64,000 nucleotides of DNA, from the IMG/VR virus record IMGVR_UViG_3300017917_001123, positions 124,001 through 188,000 of that record; one strand, given 5' to 3'. Under the pieces are notes generated by a model. That model did not search any database, was not told where the DNA came from, and saw only the letters and a program-made list of their open reading frames with translations. This document shows, piece by piece, positions 27,424-37,700 of the stretch. The first letter of the stretch is position 1, and every line of letters starts with the position of its first letter. A program made the position numbers and the translations under genes.

Positions 27424-27438
27424 TAAGGAAAATATAAA

Positions 27439-27825
27439 ATGGCACTAATTCCATTAAACACGTTTAAAACTAAAACATTTGTTTTAACAACTACAACTAA
27501 CGCAACGGTTTATACTGCTCCAGTAGGAGTAACTTCGATTGTTTTGATGGCCAACGTTGCGAACGTTAGTACAAATACAAATGCTAGCGTTACGTTTGCT
27601 CACCATAGAAATCTTCCAGTGCTAGCAGATGCTCAAGGAAACGGCGGCCAACCCGGCAACGTAACGACTGAGCTAGTTAAGAATTTTGAAATTCCTCCAA
27701 GCGATGCTGGAAACATGCTAGTAGGAAAAATGATTGTTGAAAGTCTAGACAGCATTAGAGCATACGCAACAGTTGAAGGCACACTAAAACTTACAATGAG
27801 CATTCTAGAAACAGCTAACCAATAA
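27439..27825 (+). CDS. Small beta-sandwich-like virion protein, 128 aa
   Basis: VYTAPVGVTSIVLMANVAN...IPPSDA...KMIVESLDSI; related to 15502-15831; SD AAGGA. Confidence 0.75.
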   Translation: MALIPLNTFKTKTFVLTTTTNATVYTAPVGVTSIVLMANVANVSTNTNASVTFAHHRNLPVLADAQGNGGQPGNVTTELVKNFEIPPSDAGNMLVGKMIVESLDSIRAYATVEGTLKLTMSILETANQ

Positions 27826-27837
27826 TAGGAAATAACA

Positions 27838-30800
27838 ATGCCAGGATTACTAAGCGGCCGTGTAAAAGTATCAGCAGGTACTAATTACACTATTAACAAT
27901 TATATTAGTCTAAACCAAGCGCAAGCAGGCTTAGGCGTTACACCTACATCTGGTACAGGATACACACTGGTTATTGGTCCAGACGGTGTAGCAACCTTTA
28001 CAAATACTTTAGGTAACATTGGATTTGAAAACGGTGTTATAACCTCGCAAAGTACAACTGGTGACTTAACATTAAATCCAAGTGGTACTGGTACTATTAC
28101 ACTTAATGGTCCTGTTAATATTCCTGATGGTATTATTGGTTCTGGTTTTAAGAAAGAAGTTGTTGTTGCGTCAACTAGTGATGTTCTTGTTAACACATCA
28201 ACAAGTTTGATTGTTGTTGATGGTTTCAAATTAAATTATTTAGATCGTGTTTTATTAAAAGCACAAGCAAATCCTGCGCAAAACGGTATCTATTATGTAA
28301 GTACAGCATCGTTAGTTAACGATGTATTCACTGCTTCGGCATACAGCACTTCGTCTAACTGGGACGGTACTGTAATTGCGTTTGATAATCCGACTCCATT
28401 TATGGCACAGTTGCTTGATAAAGTAACTGCCGGTACAACATTCTTTGTCTATGACTTAGACAACGTTGCTTATAACGTAACGCTATCATCAGAATTTACG
28501 CAAAGCAACGGAGCCTATACTGCCACCACAGTAATTGCTTCCCCTACATCGGTTGTTAGTACAATTAGTCAAGCAATTTTTATTGCTACTAGCGCAACAA
28601 ACGCAGTATTGACACGTACTACAGACGCTGACAGTACAAGAAAATTAAATCACGTAGCTGTTCCTGTCCTGTACGGAACTAGCGGCGGCCGTTTATTCTT
28701 TACTAATTTTACTTCGTTTGGAATAGTTGATGTAGATCCAGTTAACTGGTACGAAATTGTTGACTCAGTATCTGGACAAAATGTTGCTAACAAAATTTTA
28801 GATGCTTCGTCAATTGGTATAAACACTCCAGGCGTCGGTAGATTTACATATCTAGACGCAGTTACTCAATTAGCAGTTTCAGCATCTACTGATTCAACCG
28901 CAACTGACAATGGTGCTGTCACTGTAGCCGGCGGCGTTGGAATTACAAAGAACTTATGGGTCGGCGGAGCAACAAACATTGCTGGCAGCTTAAATGTTTT
29001 AAGTCAAGCAAATCTAAGTCCAACAGGAGCAACAGTCTTTATTCAACCAAGCGGTGCTGGTTCTGTTGTAATTAATCCAGCAACAAAAGGTACAATGGAC
29101 AATGTTGACATTGGAAACGTAATTCCTGCCAACGGTACCTTTAATATTTTAAATGCGACAACACAACTTCGTGTAACAACAAGTACAAATTCTACAAGTA
29201 CAACAACCGGTGCTCTTGTTGTTGATGGCGGTGTCGGTATTGCCGGCGATTTAGTACTAGGCGGACAGTTAATCTTTAGTGGTGCGGCTGACGAATTTAT
29301 TGTAAACAATTTCCGTGCTCTAGGACAAGTTCTGTTTACAACAAGTACTAATTCAACTTCAACAACCACAGGCGGCTTAGTTGTATCTGGCGGTGTTGGC
29401 ATTGCTCAAGACTTAGTATTAGGCGGTAGTTTAATATTTGACGGCGACGCCGGAGAAATTCGTGTACGTCAATTAAAAGTTACTAGCACTCTAAGTTCAA
29501 CTTCTACTACAACCGGTGCTATTGTTGTAACAGGTGGCCAAGGTATTGGTGAGAACTTAAACGTCGGTGGCGATGTTACCATTGGCGGTAATTTGATCTT
29601 TACTGGTGAATCGCCTGATCTACGTGCTCAACAGTTGCGTGTAAGCGGAACAGCAACTTCTACAAGCACAACAACTGGTGCTTTACAGGTTGTAGGCGGT
29701 GTAGGTATTGGTCAAGATCTATGGCTAGGCGGAAACTTAAACTTTGCTAGTGCTCAAGGACAAATTAATGCCTTCCAAGTCCGAGTAACTGGAACAGAAA
29801 CTTCTACAAGTACGCAAACAGGCGCACTTGTTGTTGACGGTGGTGTAGGTATTGGCAAAGATGTTGTAATCGGCGGAAACTTAGATTTAGGCGGTCAATT
29901 AACATTTAACAAATCATTTACAGCAACCTTTGTTGCCCTACACATAACAAGTACAGCAAGCAATGTAAGTGACTTTGAAGATAACGCAGTTTATGTCGAA
30001 GGCGGCCTATCGCTTAAGAAAGATCTAAGTGTTTACGGAAATACTGTTGTTAGCGGTAACTTAACAGTATTAGGAACACAGACTTTTGTTGACAGTACTC
30101 AAACATATATTATTGACCCTGTATTGGACATTGGTACAGGAATCGGTAATACAGCTTTAACAACCAACGACGGTTTAGATCGAGGAATTTTATTACATTA
30201 TAATACAGGTGCGTCAGAAGCAACAAACAATCACGCATTCCTTGGTAGAGATGCTTCTACAGGTGACTTGGTTTATAAGTTTAACGTATATCCTGGCCCA
30301 GGTGAAGACTTTGCTCCGGCGTTTGCTGGCACAGGAACATTTGGTACAGCAAGATTTGGAACCCAGCGACTAGTTGGCGGAGTTGCTTCAATTAGCACCA
30401 ACACAGGCGATCTTCAAGTACTTGGTGGTATAGGTGTAACTAAGACTTCTTATTTTGCTGATCGTGTAACTCTGGCAAGCACTTTAGCAAATTCAACACA
30501 AACTGCCAACCATGCGTTAGTGGTCCCAACAGGCGGCATTGGTGTAGCAGGCGATTCTTACTTTGGTGGTATTGTACGTTTTGGAAACGGAACAGCAACA
30601 ACAAGCCCAACAACCGGCGCAGTATTGTTTAACGGTGGCCTTGGAGTGGGCGGTGGTGCTCAGATTTCTGGTCCTGTCAAGATTTTAAACGGAACAGCCG
30701 CAACAAGTACAACAACTGGCGCTCTACAAGTTGTTGGTGGCGTAGGTATTCAAGGCGATCTGTATGTTAGAAACGTCTATACATTAGATGGCGAAAACAT

Positions 30801-33800
30801 TGAGCGTTTTAATGGCGGAACAATTACTGCTCCGTTGTTAGTTGACAATACCTCAAACGCATTTAGTACAACAACTGGTGCTGTCGTAGTAACAGGTGGT
30901 CAAGGCATTGGTAGAGATCTATGGGTCGGCGGAACAGGTTTCATGGGAGACTTGTTTGTTAACGGCGCAAGAGTATTAACTACAGCAACTCCAACCGGAT
31001 TTAACGGTGGTACAATTATCTATCCGTTACAGATTGGTTATACTACTTCAACACTAAACACAACAGGTCTAACTGTTAACTCAGACATTAACGCTGTAAG
31101 CACTGACACAGGTGCTATTGTAACAATAGGCGGTATTGGTTTAGGTAAAGACTTGTGGATTGGCGGAACAATTTATCGTAACAACGATGTTACTAAACCT
31201 ACTTGGGGCAACGACGGTATTGCTGTAAACTTAGGAAGTGCTACATTTACAGACAATCAAGGATCTGGTAATTTTACAAATACACAAATGGTCTATGTTG
31301 GTCAACCAACATTTAGAGGACAGTTTGGTATTAACTACGATCGTGCCCAAACAATCTTTATTGAAGGTGCTCCGAAAGAAGGACAAAACACAACGATTGC
31401 TGACTCTTACGCAATTTGGGTCAATGATGGTAGAGTTCATATTGCTTCTTCAGCAACATCAGCAACAAACTATCTAAACAACGCACTGAGTGTTGATGGT
31501 GGTATTGGTGTTAAGGGCGGTGTTCAAATCACTGGTGACATTAAAGCCCAAGCAGTCTTTGATAACGGTAATCGTGTAGTTAGTTTTGTTGACCTTCAAG
31601 CAGGCAACGACGGAATTTTAGTTGCTCAAAGCCCAGCAGGCGGCCCAACAGCAACAATTTTTGTAAGCAACGCAGGTGTTGTTGAGGCAAATGCCGGAAC
31701 TGGTATTAACTTAGATCAGAGCCGCGGCACAATTACAATTACAAACATAGGTGTTACAGATTTAACTCCGACACAAGGTATTGGAATCTCAACAAGTACT
31801 GGTTCCGTTTCAATCTTTAACCTAGGTGTTACAAGTTTAACAGCTGGCACAGATACTGCGGTTTCAAGCACAACAAGTAATGTTGTAATTTGGAATACAT
31901 CGACTCTAGAAACAGTAACAGGTCGTGGCGGTTCAACACCTAACCCGATTGAAATTACAAACACAACAAGCAACGCATTTACAGTTGCTGGTACAGCAAA
32001 CTTTAACAATGTAACAGTTGGCGGTACATTAAGTGCTGGTAGTTCAACATTCTTTGGAAGTACAGGTTCTTTCATTGACTTAACGGTTTCTGGAAGCACA
32101 TTACTAAATGGTAATGTTACTATCGCTGGTACAGCAACTTATGTAAACAGCCAACAATTAACTGTAGTTGACCCAGTTATTGATATCGGAACTAATGTTA
32201 ATAACTCTCCGTTATTAGCTAATGACGGTTATGACCGCGGTATGTTAATCCACTACAATAGTGGAGCTGACATTACAGGAGATGCTCACGCATTCTTAGG
32301 TCGTGTAAACAGTAGCGGCAAACTAACATATCGTACAAACATTTGGCCAGGCGGCATAACTGATGTTCCAAATCCTTTTGGTTCAACAGGCACACTAGGA
32401 TCAGCGTTATTTGCTGGACTAGAATTACAAGGCGGCCTAGCATCAAGTGGTCAAGGAACTGGCGACTTACAAGTTACCGGCGGAATCTACGCAGGCGGAA
32501 ATTCTTACTTAGACGGTAAACTTCGTTTAGCAGATACACAAAACGCTATTTCAACACTAACCGGCGCACTAACAGTTGCTGGTGGTATTGGTGTTGGTAA
32601 GAACGTTTATGTTGACGGAGACGTTATTGTTCGTGGCTACGTTTTAACAACAGCAACAGCGTATAACGGCGGCGAAGTTTATAATCCAGTTGTTATTACA
32701 AACGGAACACCGGCAACAAACACACTAACAGGTGCGTTAATTGTACACGACGGTGGCGCAGGTATTGGTGGCGATGTTTGGGTAGGCGGAAGTGTAAATG
32801 CTTCAGCATTCTTTATTGATGGTCGTCCAGTAACAACCGACATTCACTTAGTAACTGGCCCCGGTTTAATTGGTGATGTTACAACAGCTACAAACGGTGT
32901 TACAATTACTATGACCAACACAGGTGTATTAACACTTGAAGGCGGCCCTGGTATTAACATTTGGAACACAGGAACAAGCGGAGTTACTACTGTAACTAAC
33001 GTCGGTGTTGTAACGTTAGACACAAGTGGCCCTGGATTACGTGCTACAACAAGCACAGGTTCTGTAACATTAATTAACTTAGGTGTTACAAGTGCTATTG
33101 CTGGAGCAGGTATTGGTGTAAGTCAAAGCACTGGCTCAGTTATTATTAACAACTTAGGCGTTTACAGCATTGGTATTATCGGCGATGGCTTAACAGCAAC
33201 AACATCAACTGGTTCTGTATTCTTAATTAACTCAGGTGTTACAAGTTTAACAGCTGGAACAGATACAGCGATTACCCAAACTACTGGCGCTATCGAAATT
33301 TGGAATACCTCAACATTACAGACTGTTACAAATCGTGGTAACGAAACAACAAATCAACTTTATCTAAACAACACTACACAGGCTAACAATACATTTAGTG
33401 GCGCACTACAAGTATTAGGCGGTGTTGGTATTGGTAAGAACCTGTATGTTGCTGGTAAGATTGTTGGTCAAGGCGGATACGAAGGATTAAATCCACCGGC
33501 TATCTTTGTAAACACAAGCTCTGTAACTGTTTATGATTCTGGTACAGTTCGTCAAGTTGACGTTGTAATTGCTAACAATACAACAACGGTGTTTAACAAT
33601 ACTGGCATTAACGTTAAAACAAACGTCGAAGCAACATCGACTGGAACTGGAGCAATTACAGTACTAGGCGGTATCGGTGTAAGCGGCACAGTTTATGGTG
33701 CGGCATTTAACGGTCCAAACGATACTGTAAGTATTACAAGTGGAACAACTGTCGGAGCAAGCCTAACAGCGACAGGTAAGATTTACGCTATTGGTGGTTA

Positions 33801-34728
33801 CGAAGGTCTAAATCCGTTCAAATTGTTTACTGGAACAAGCAGTTTAACTGTTGTTGACACAGGAGTTGAACCTCGTTATGTTAATGTTAATGTTAGCGGA
33901 ACTAACGTAACCAACTTCTATCAGTCTAATGTTTATATTCCTGTAACATTAAACGCAGACGACGTTGTTTCTACAGGAACAATTACTCGTAGCGGAAATA
34001 TAACTCAGGGCGCTTGGGGAACAACTGGTGTAGGTATTAGCGTACCTTCAGCAACTTATACTGATTCTAACAGTAACGGTAGTGTAGCAAACGCACACAT
34101 TAGTGCGTTTGGAGCACCGACTATTGCTTCTTCAAATACAGTAAGTTTTACTAATGCTTCAACTGTTTATATTGGCGGAGCACCGACAAGTGGCGGCGCA
34201 AACACAACTCTAAACAATGCTTGGAGCTTGTATGTTGCTAACGGTAAAGTTAAGATTGCAGATACTACTTTAAGCAATTCTGCGTCTACCGGAGCATTAC
34301 AGGTAGAGGGCGGTGTAGGTGTTAAGGGCAACATTAACGTCGACGGTTACTTAGATGTAAACAGCGAAGTGATGTATGTTGGAAACAGCGAAATCCGTAC
34401 ATATACAAGTGCTGAAATTACAGCACAAACTACTGTAAACTTAGATACATTTGCTACAGGAACTTATCAATCAGCCAAGTACTTTATCCAGGTTGTTGAT
34501 AACACATCGGTTGGACAGCCAAACAGAATGTATGTAACTGAGCTAATTGTTTATCATGACAGTATTGGCGGAGTGTACATCCAAGAATACGGTATGAGCA
34601 GTAACTTTGGAGACCTAGGAGATTTTGAAGCTGTTCTAAATGGCTCAGATATCCAGCTAAGATTTACTCCAAATTACGACCCAACTAGCATGGTTGTTAA
34701 GGTACATAGAACTACTCTAAGTCGCTAA
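27838..34728 (+). CDS. Giant Thr/Gly-rich fibre-like protein, 2296 aa
   Basis: Many STSTTTGAL(V/Q)VxGGVGIG repeats; two DRG..H..HAFLGR modules; C-terminal LDTF..GTYQSAKYFIQV..EL..HD..EYG domain typical of large-phage fibres. Confidence 0.88.
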   Translation: MPGLLSGRVKVSAGTNYTINNYISLNQAQAGLGVTPTSGTGYTLVIGPDGVATFTNTLGNIGFENGVITSQSTTGDLTLNPSGTGTITLNGPVNIPDGIIGSGFKKEVVVASTSDVLVNTSTSLIVVDGFKLNYLDRVLLKAQANPAQNGIYYVSTASLVNDVFTASAYSTSSNWDGTVIAFDNPTPFMAQLLDKVTAGTTFFVYDLDNVAYNVTLSSEFTQSNGAYTATTVIASPTSVVSTISQAIFIATSATNAVLTRTTDADSTRKLNHVAVPVLYGTSGGRLFFTNFTSFGIVDVDPVNWYEIVDSVSGQNVANKILDASSIGINTPGVGRFTYLDAVTQLAVSASTDSTATDNGAVTVAGGVGITKNLWVGGATNIAGSLNVLSQANLSPTGATVFIQPSGAGSVVINPATKGTMDNVDIGNVIPANGTFNILNATTQLRVTTSTNSTSTTTGALVVDGGVGIAGDLVLGGQLIFSGAADEFIVNNFRALGQVLFTTSTNSTSTTTGGLVVSGGVGIAQDLVLGGSLIFDGDAGEIRVRQLKVTSTLSSTSTTTGAIVVTGGQGIGENLNVGGDVTIGGNLIFTGESPDLRAQQLRVSGTATSTSTTTGALQVVGGVGIGQDLWLGGNLNFASAQGQINAFQVRVTGTETSTSTQTGALVVDGGVGIGKDVVIGGNLDLGGQLTFNKSFTATFVALHITSTASNVSDFEDNAVYVEGGLSLKKDLSVYGNTVVSGNLTVLGTQTFVDSTQTYIIDPVLDIGTGIGNTALTTNDGLDRGILLHYNTGASEATNNHAFLGRDASTGDLVYKFNVYPGPGEDFAPAFAGTGTFGTARFGTQRLVGGVASISTNTGDLQVLGGIGVTKTSYFADRVTLASTLANSTQTANHALVVPTGGIGVAGDSYFGGIVRFGNGTATTSPTTGAVLFNGGLGVGGGAQISGPVKILNGTAATSTTTGALQVVGGVGIQGDLYVRNVYTLDGENIERFNGGTITAPLLVDNTSNAFSTTTGAVVVTGGQGIGRDLWVGGTGFMGDLFVNGARVLTTATPTGFNGGTIIYPLQIGYTTSTLNTTGLTVNSDINAVSTDTGAIVTIGGIGLGKDLWIGGTIYRNNDVTKPTWGNDGIAVNLGSATFTDNQGSGNFTNTQMVYVGQPTFRGQFGINYDRAQTIFIEGAPKEGQNTTIADSYAIWVNDGRVHIASSATSATNYLNNALSVDGGIGVKGGVQITGDIKAQAVFDNGNRVVSFVDLQAGNDGILVAQSPAGGPTATIFVSNAGVVEANAGTGINLDQSRGTITITNIGVTDLTPTQGIGISTSTGSVSIFNLGVTSLTAGTDTAVSSTTSNVVIWNTSTLETVTGRGGSTPNPIEITNTTSNAFTVAGTANFNNVTVGGTLSAGSSTFFGSTGSFIDLTVSGSTLLNGNVTIAGTATYVNSQQLTVVDPVIDIGTNVNNSPLLANDGYDRGMLIHYNSGADITGDAHAFLGRVNSSGKLTYRTNIWPGGITDVPNPFGSTGTLGSALFAGLELQGGLASSGQGTGDLQVTGGIYAGGNSYLDGKLRLADTQNAISTLTGALTVAGGIGVGKNVYVDGDVIVRGYVLTTATAYNGGEVYNPVVITNGTPATNTLTGALIVHDGGAGIGGDVWVGGSVNASAFFIDGRPVTTDIHLVTGPGLIGDVTTATNGVTITMTNTGVLTLEGGPGINIWNTGTSGVTTVTNVGVVTLDTSGPGLRATTSTGSVTLINLGVTSAIAGAGIGVSQSTGSVIINNLGVYSIGIIGDGLTATTSTGSVFLINSGVTSLTAGTDTAITQTTGAIEIWNTSTLQTVTNRGNETTNQLYLNNTTQANNTFSGALQVLGGVGIGKNLYVAGKIVGQGGYEGLNPPAIFVNTSSVTVYDSGTVRQVDVVIANNTTTVFNNTGINVKTNVEATSTGTGAITVLGGIGVSGTVYGAAFNGPNDTVSITSGTTVGASLTATGKIYAIGGYEGLNPFKLFTGTSSLTVVDTGVEPRYVNVNVSGTNVTNFYQSNVYIPVTLNADDVVSTGTITRSGNITQGAWGTTGVGISVPSATYTDSNSNGSVANAHISAFGAPTIASSNTVSFTNASTVYIGGAPTSGGANTTLNNAWSLYVANGKVKIADTTLSNSASTGALQVEGGVGVKGNINVDGYLDVNSEVMYVGNSEIRTYTSAEITAQTTVNLDTFATGTYQSAKYFIQVVDNTSVGQPNRMYVTELIVYHDSIGGVYIQEYGMSSNFGDLGDFEAVLNGSDIQLRFTPNYDPTSMVVKVHRTTLSR

Positions 34729-37700
34729 AAACCCGAGTTTCCCTCTCTTTGGTAAATAAAGCATAAAGCAATATTTTGCCATACGTGGAGAGGGAAACTA
34801 ATGGCTTCGTATAACGACGATTTTATAGTCAAGAACGGCCTCATTGTCAGGGCCAACAACTTATCAAATTACCAATCAACTAGCACAACAACCGGTGCGA
34901 TAGTAACACCCGGCGGAGTGGGCATTGGCGGTGATGTAAACATTGGAGGAAGACTCAATGTTGATACATCTGCTACGCTAGCTGAATTATCTGTCGAAGG
35001 CATTACGAAAATCCTTTCAACAGCAACAAATACCGCAACAATAACTCCCGATGGCAATGCTCTACAAGTGTTTGGCGGAATCTACGCCGAAAACATTAAT
35101 TTATCTGGCATTGGTTTAATCAAAGGTTCTCGAATCTTAACGGTTGCTGAAGGCTTCCAGGGCGGTATCATCGCCGAACCGTTAATTATTAACACAACAA
35201 CTAATTCTACAAGTACCACAACTGGTGCTTTAGTTACTCCTGGCGGTATTGGTGTTGGCAGTGATGTTCATATCGGTGGCAGCGTTTGGACTACCGGAAC
35301 ATCGTATGTAACTGGTAGTATTTTTGGCGGCGAAAAACATGTACTAAACACAGTACAGTTTAACGGTAACAGCTACGTTTCAGCAAAAGTAGTTCAAAAT
35401 GGTTATACTGCTACTGTAACCTTAACTAACACCGGTGTAACAAGCCTTGTTGCTGGAACAGGTATTAGTGTCAGTACATCTACAGGAACCGTAACAGTAG
35501 GTAATACTGGTGTTCTAAGTATTATTTCGGGCGGTGGCGAGCTTCAAGTTGACCAAGCAACCGGAAACGTAACATTAACTGTTGCTAGTACTCTACAAGA
35601 CGTTGTCCTACGTGGCAATCAAACTGACCAAACTATTGCGATTAACAACCCAACCGATGTTTTAACTACATCAGGAAACGCACTAGATGTATTAGGAAGT
35701 ATTGGCGCCTACAGAATTAACGTAGTAACAACTTCATACGTTGCTGGCGCACAAATTGTTACAACTGGAACTATTAACCAGTATATTGGCGGAACAATTA
35801 CTCAGCCGCTAAGAATTGCTAACACAACAAGTTCTATTAATACACAAACTGGCGCACTAGTAGTCGATGGCGGTGTCGGTATTGGTGAAAATTTAAATGT
35901 TGGCAAGAATTTTACACTAGGCGGAGACGCAGTAATTTACGGTGGATTGACTGTTGTCGGAAGTTACACAACTGTATTAGTTAACTCTACACAAACAGTT
36001 ATCAGCGATCCTGCTATTGATTTAGGCGCAGGATTTAACGGTGCTCCTCTCGAAATAAACGACGGTTTAGACAGAGGTCTTGTACTTCACTTTAACACTG
36101 GAACTTCTGTACTACACGAAGGTCACGCATTCTTAGGTCGGCAAGCAACTAGCGGTGAATTAGTCTTTTTAACAAATCTAACAACAGGAACATCACACTC
36201 AGTTCCGAATCCTTATTCTGGAGATTGGGGCAATGTAAGATTTGGCCAGCTACGCTTAACTAGTAGCGAAAACGCATCGAGTACAACAACTGGTGCTCTA
36301 GTAACTGTTGGTGGTATTGGTGTCGGCGGCGATGTATATGCCACAAGAGTGTTTGATGGCGGAGCAAGAGTTGTTAGTGTTGTTAATATTACAACAGGCT
36401 CTGGATTAGCAATCACAAGTTCTGTAAACACAGGACCTAATGTAAGTTACGCAATAACAAACACAGGTGTTCTTTCTGTAACAACTGGTAATGGTATTTT
36501 AATTACAGGCGATGCTCAAAATCCTGTAGTACAAAACATTGGTGTTGTTAATTTACAAGTATCAACAGATCCAACTGAAAACGATTTAAGCGTTTCTTCA
36601 AACGGAATTAGAACATTCTTTGTTGGAAACACAAGTACATTACAAACTGTAACTGCTCGCGGAAATGAAACTACTTCTGAAATTATTATTCTAAATCAGA
36701 CAACAAGTACCGAAGTAACTTCAACTAACGCATTACAGGTACTTGGCGGTATTAGTGCTAAGACATTATTAATTACAGACAAGGCATATTTAAATGGTGC
36801 TGAAGTTGTTACTTCTGCTACAATTAATGCTTTCTCTGGTGGTACAATTAACAACAGCTTAAAGATTAACTCAGGTGAAACATCAACAAGCACAAGTTCT
36901 GGTGCGTTAGTTGTTAACGGAGGTTTAGGTGTAACAGATAACATGAATATCTGGAACACAATTAAGCAATGGAACACAAATACAACTGGTATTGTTGCTT
37001 ACGGTACTTCTGAATTTCACAATACTCTTTTTGCTAACACACTATCTGCTCTTTCAACAAATCTAAACATTGTAAGTCAAGGAACTGGTTCAGTTTATAT
37101 CAACGGTGTTAATCTGTTAGCATATGATGCCAACGTGTGGTATGTATCTGAAGCAGGAAGTGACTCTAGCGATGGTCGAAGAATTGCCAGCGCATTCAAA
37201 ACTATTAAACACGCTCTAAGTGTTGCCCAGCCAAGTGATGTTGTCTTTATTGAAGCAGGCACATACGAGGAAGTATGGCCATTAACAGTCCCACAAGGTG
37301 TAACTGTTAAGGGTGCTGGTGTTCGTGCTACTATTGTTAAGCCGACTGTTGGTACAAATACACAGAACGGTTTCCAATTAAATGGCGAAACAACAGTCAG
37401 CGACCTTTGTGTTGAAGGTTTCTTCAAACCAGGTTACGCATTTACATTCGCTACTGGCGCAAAGATTACAACAAAGAGTCCATACGTTGAACGTGTAAGT
37501 GTTATTACACGCGGTAGCTCAACAAGCTCAACAGATCCTTATGGATTTGCGGCAGCTGATGCGGGTAACGGTGCTAAACTTGATGCTGGTGTATTAGATC
37601 CAACATCATTAGAACCAGCAATGTTATGGAACGAGGTAACATTCATTGTTCCAAACGCAACTGGTTGGTATATGACCAACGGTGCTCGTGCTGAAATTCT

